Of a DNA stretch of 64,000 nucleotides, positions 62,859 to 64,000 are shown one piece after another. The notes below the pieces were generated by a model. The model saw nothing but the letters and a program-made list of their open reading frames with translations, had not been told where the DNA came from and did not search any database. Source of the DNA: an uncultured Lentisphaerales bacterium (GTDB taxonomy: Bacteria > Verrucomicrobiota > Lentisphaeria > JABSQK01 > UBA12247); NCBI GenBank assembly GCA_943788985.1, contig CALSSJ010000012.1:222290-286289 (forward strand). The letters are read 5' to 3'. The position numbers and the translations under genes are program-made. The number at the start of each line of letters is the position of its first letter. Positions within the stretch are counted from its first letter, which is position 1.

Positions 62859-63874
62859 TGGGTGATTCCTTTCGTTTCAAGTTTATTCAGTTCGGGATTT
62901 TGCAGTGACTGCCATTGCCAGAACGATAGCAACACCAGCGCCAGCCCACCATTCGCCGCGCGTAGCATGGTCAAATCATAGACGCCCAGCCCCATGGCAG
63001 TCATTCGGCTGAATGCGGTGATGATTCCCCAAGCCCCCAGCCACCAGAGCAACCAGCGGGTACGCAGCAGGACAATCGTGATCGCCAGCAGGATATCCTG
63101 CCAGCCGATCACGGTCAGCAACCCACTGATGGTCGTTTCATCCAAGCTCAAGCCAATACGACGGCTAGAGAGGGAAATCAGATCCCGGAATGGAGCATGG
63201 CCCTGCACCGCTTTGTAGCCGTGGGCGCAAAAGGTGATAGCCAGACTCCAGCGCAGCAGCAGATCCAGGCTGCGGGTCGGCCCCTTGGGCCAGGGCTGCC
63301 AAGCATTACGAGGCTCGCGCTGCCCATCTGCACTGCCTTGGCTCTGACGGCGCGTGAATCCTATCCCCAGCGCCATTCCCAGCGGCGCGGCTACCCGTGT
63401 GGCCATACTCGGCAGACTTAAATCAGAAAAGGCTTTGCCCGCAATCAAGGTGGCACAGCACGCATCAACAACGATAAACACAGCGGCGAAAACCAATCCC
63501 ACGATCGTGACGCGGCTGCGACCGGGCCAGGCAATGACAAGGCAGGCTAGAAGGCAAAGGAAAATGCCAATGCCACGGTCAATCTTCCAGAAACGTTCTT
63601 GGCGTCTCTGGTCGACCTGACTTGGATCTTTATCCACAAAACCCGTCATTATTGACGCGTCGGCCGTGCCGGAAATCAATGCATTTAAGGCGTTTGCTGC
63701 ATCAGCTTCATGGCTTTGTTCCAGGTCCACTTGCTTGGTCGCGTAGCGATATACGTGGCTGCCGTCCTTGCTCAGGAGCGGGCGGGCCATGCCAAGGCAC
63801 TGCAGACAGAGCACGACTGCAAGCAGCCAAAGCCAAAAGGGACGTTGTTCAAGAATGGATCGTAGTAGCTTCAT
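62855..63874 (-). CDS. Membrane protein coupled to the phosphatase gene
   Basis: Multiple TM helices; LLRWSLAITF.AHG, WGIITAFSR, RAANGG; ATGA overlap. Confidence 0.7.
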   Translation of the reverse strand: MKLLRSILEQRPFWLWLLAVVLCLQCLGMARPLLSKDGSHVYRYATKQVDLEQSHEADAANALNALISGTADASIMTGFVDKDPSQVDQRRQERFWKIDRGIGIFLCLLACLVIAWPGRSRVTIVGLVFAAVFIVVDACCATLIAGKAFSDLSLPSMATRVAAPLGMALGIGFTRRQSQGSADGQREPRNAWQPWPKGPTRSLDLLLRWSLAITFCAHGYKAVQGHAPFRDLISLSSRRIGLSLDETTISGLLTVIGWQDILLAITIVLLRTRWLLWWLGAWGIITAFSRMTAMGLGVYDLTMLRAANGGLALVLLSFWQWQSLQNPELNKLETKGITQ

Positions 63875-64000
63875 ATGATCTACGAACGGGAAAACCCGAG
63901 TATCCAAACCGAAAATCCGAAACTCTCAAATGACGAAATGACAGAAGCGCTTGCCCCAGTTGCTAACCTGTTTGAATCATTGGTCATTTTTTCATTCGTA

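Noticed and set aside
1..64000. CRISPR array, cas genes, rRNA, prophage, integron integrase
   Set aside because: No repeat-spacer array or recognisable motifs seen by eye.

Overview
GC-rich bacterial window that resembles the PVC superphylum (Lentisphaerae/Kiritimatiellae/Planctomycetes-like). This is inferred from the many S1 sulfatases, GH29 fucosidases, a prepilin-type H-X9-DG protein, an SHD1-domain protein and PQQ-like propellers. Left part: tRNA-Arg(CCT) next to an IS1634-like remnant, then a sulfur amino-acid cluster (cystathionine gamma-synthase-like, cysK, RsmB-type methyltransferase, Rrf2/CymR-like regulator, cysD, cysN, metX-metW fusion). Middle: decayed kinase, receiver, sulfatase and GspF fragments, a GAF-PilB/GspE ATPase, a Gfo/Idh/MocA-GH88-esterase-aldolase operon and an array of attC-like sites with small cassette ORFs but no integrase. 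Right part: a fucoidan-like polysaccharide utilisation region (AraC, GH29s, sulfatases, probable sulfatase-GH29 fusion, LamG protein, esterases, phosphatase). Most notable: CysN and the Rrf2 regulator both end in D-[FY]-x-I tails resembling CysK-docking motifs; the attC cluster; three sulfatases sharing a leader; a 207-bp direct repeat. Several single-base frameshifts may be sequencing errors. All calls come from motif recognition by eye; no searches were run.
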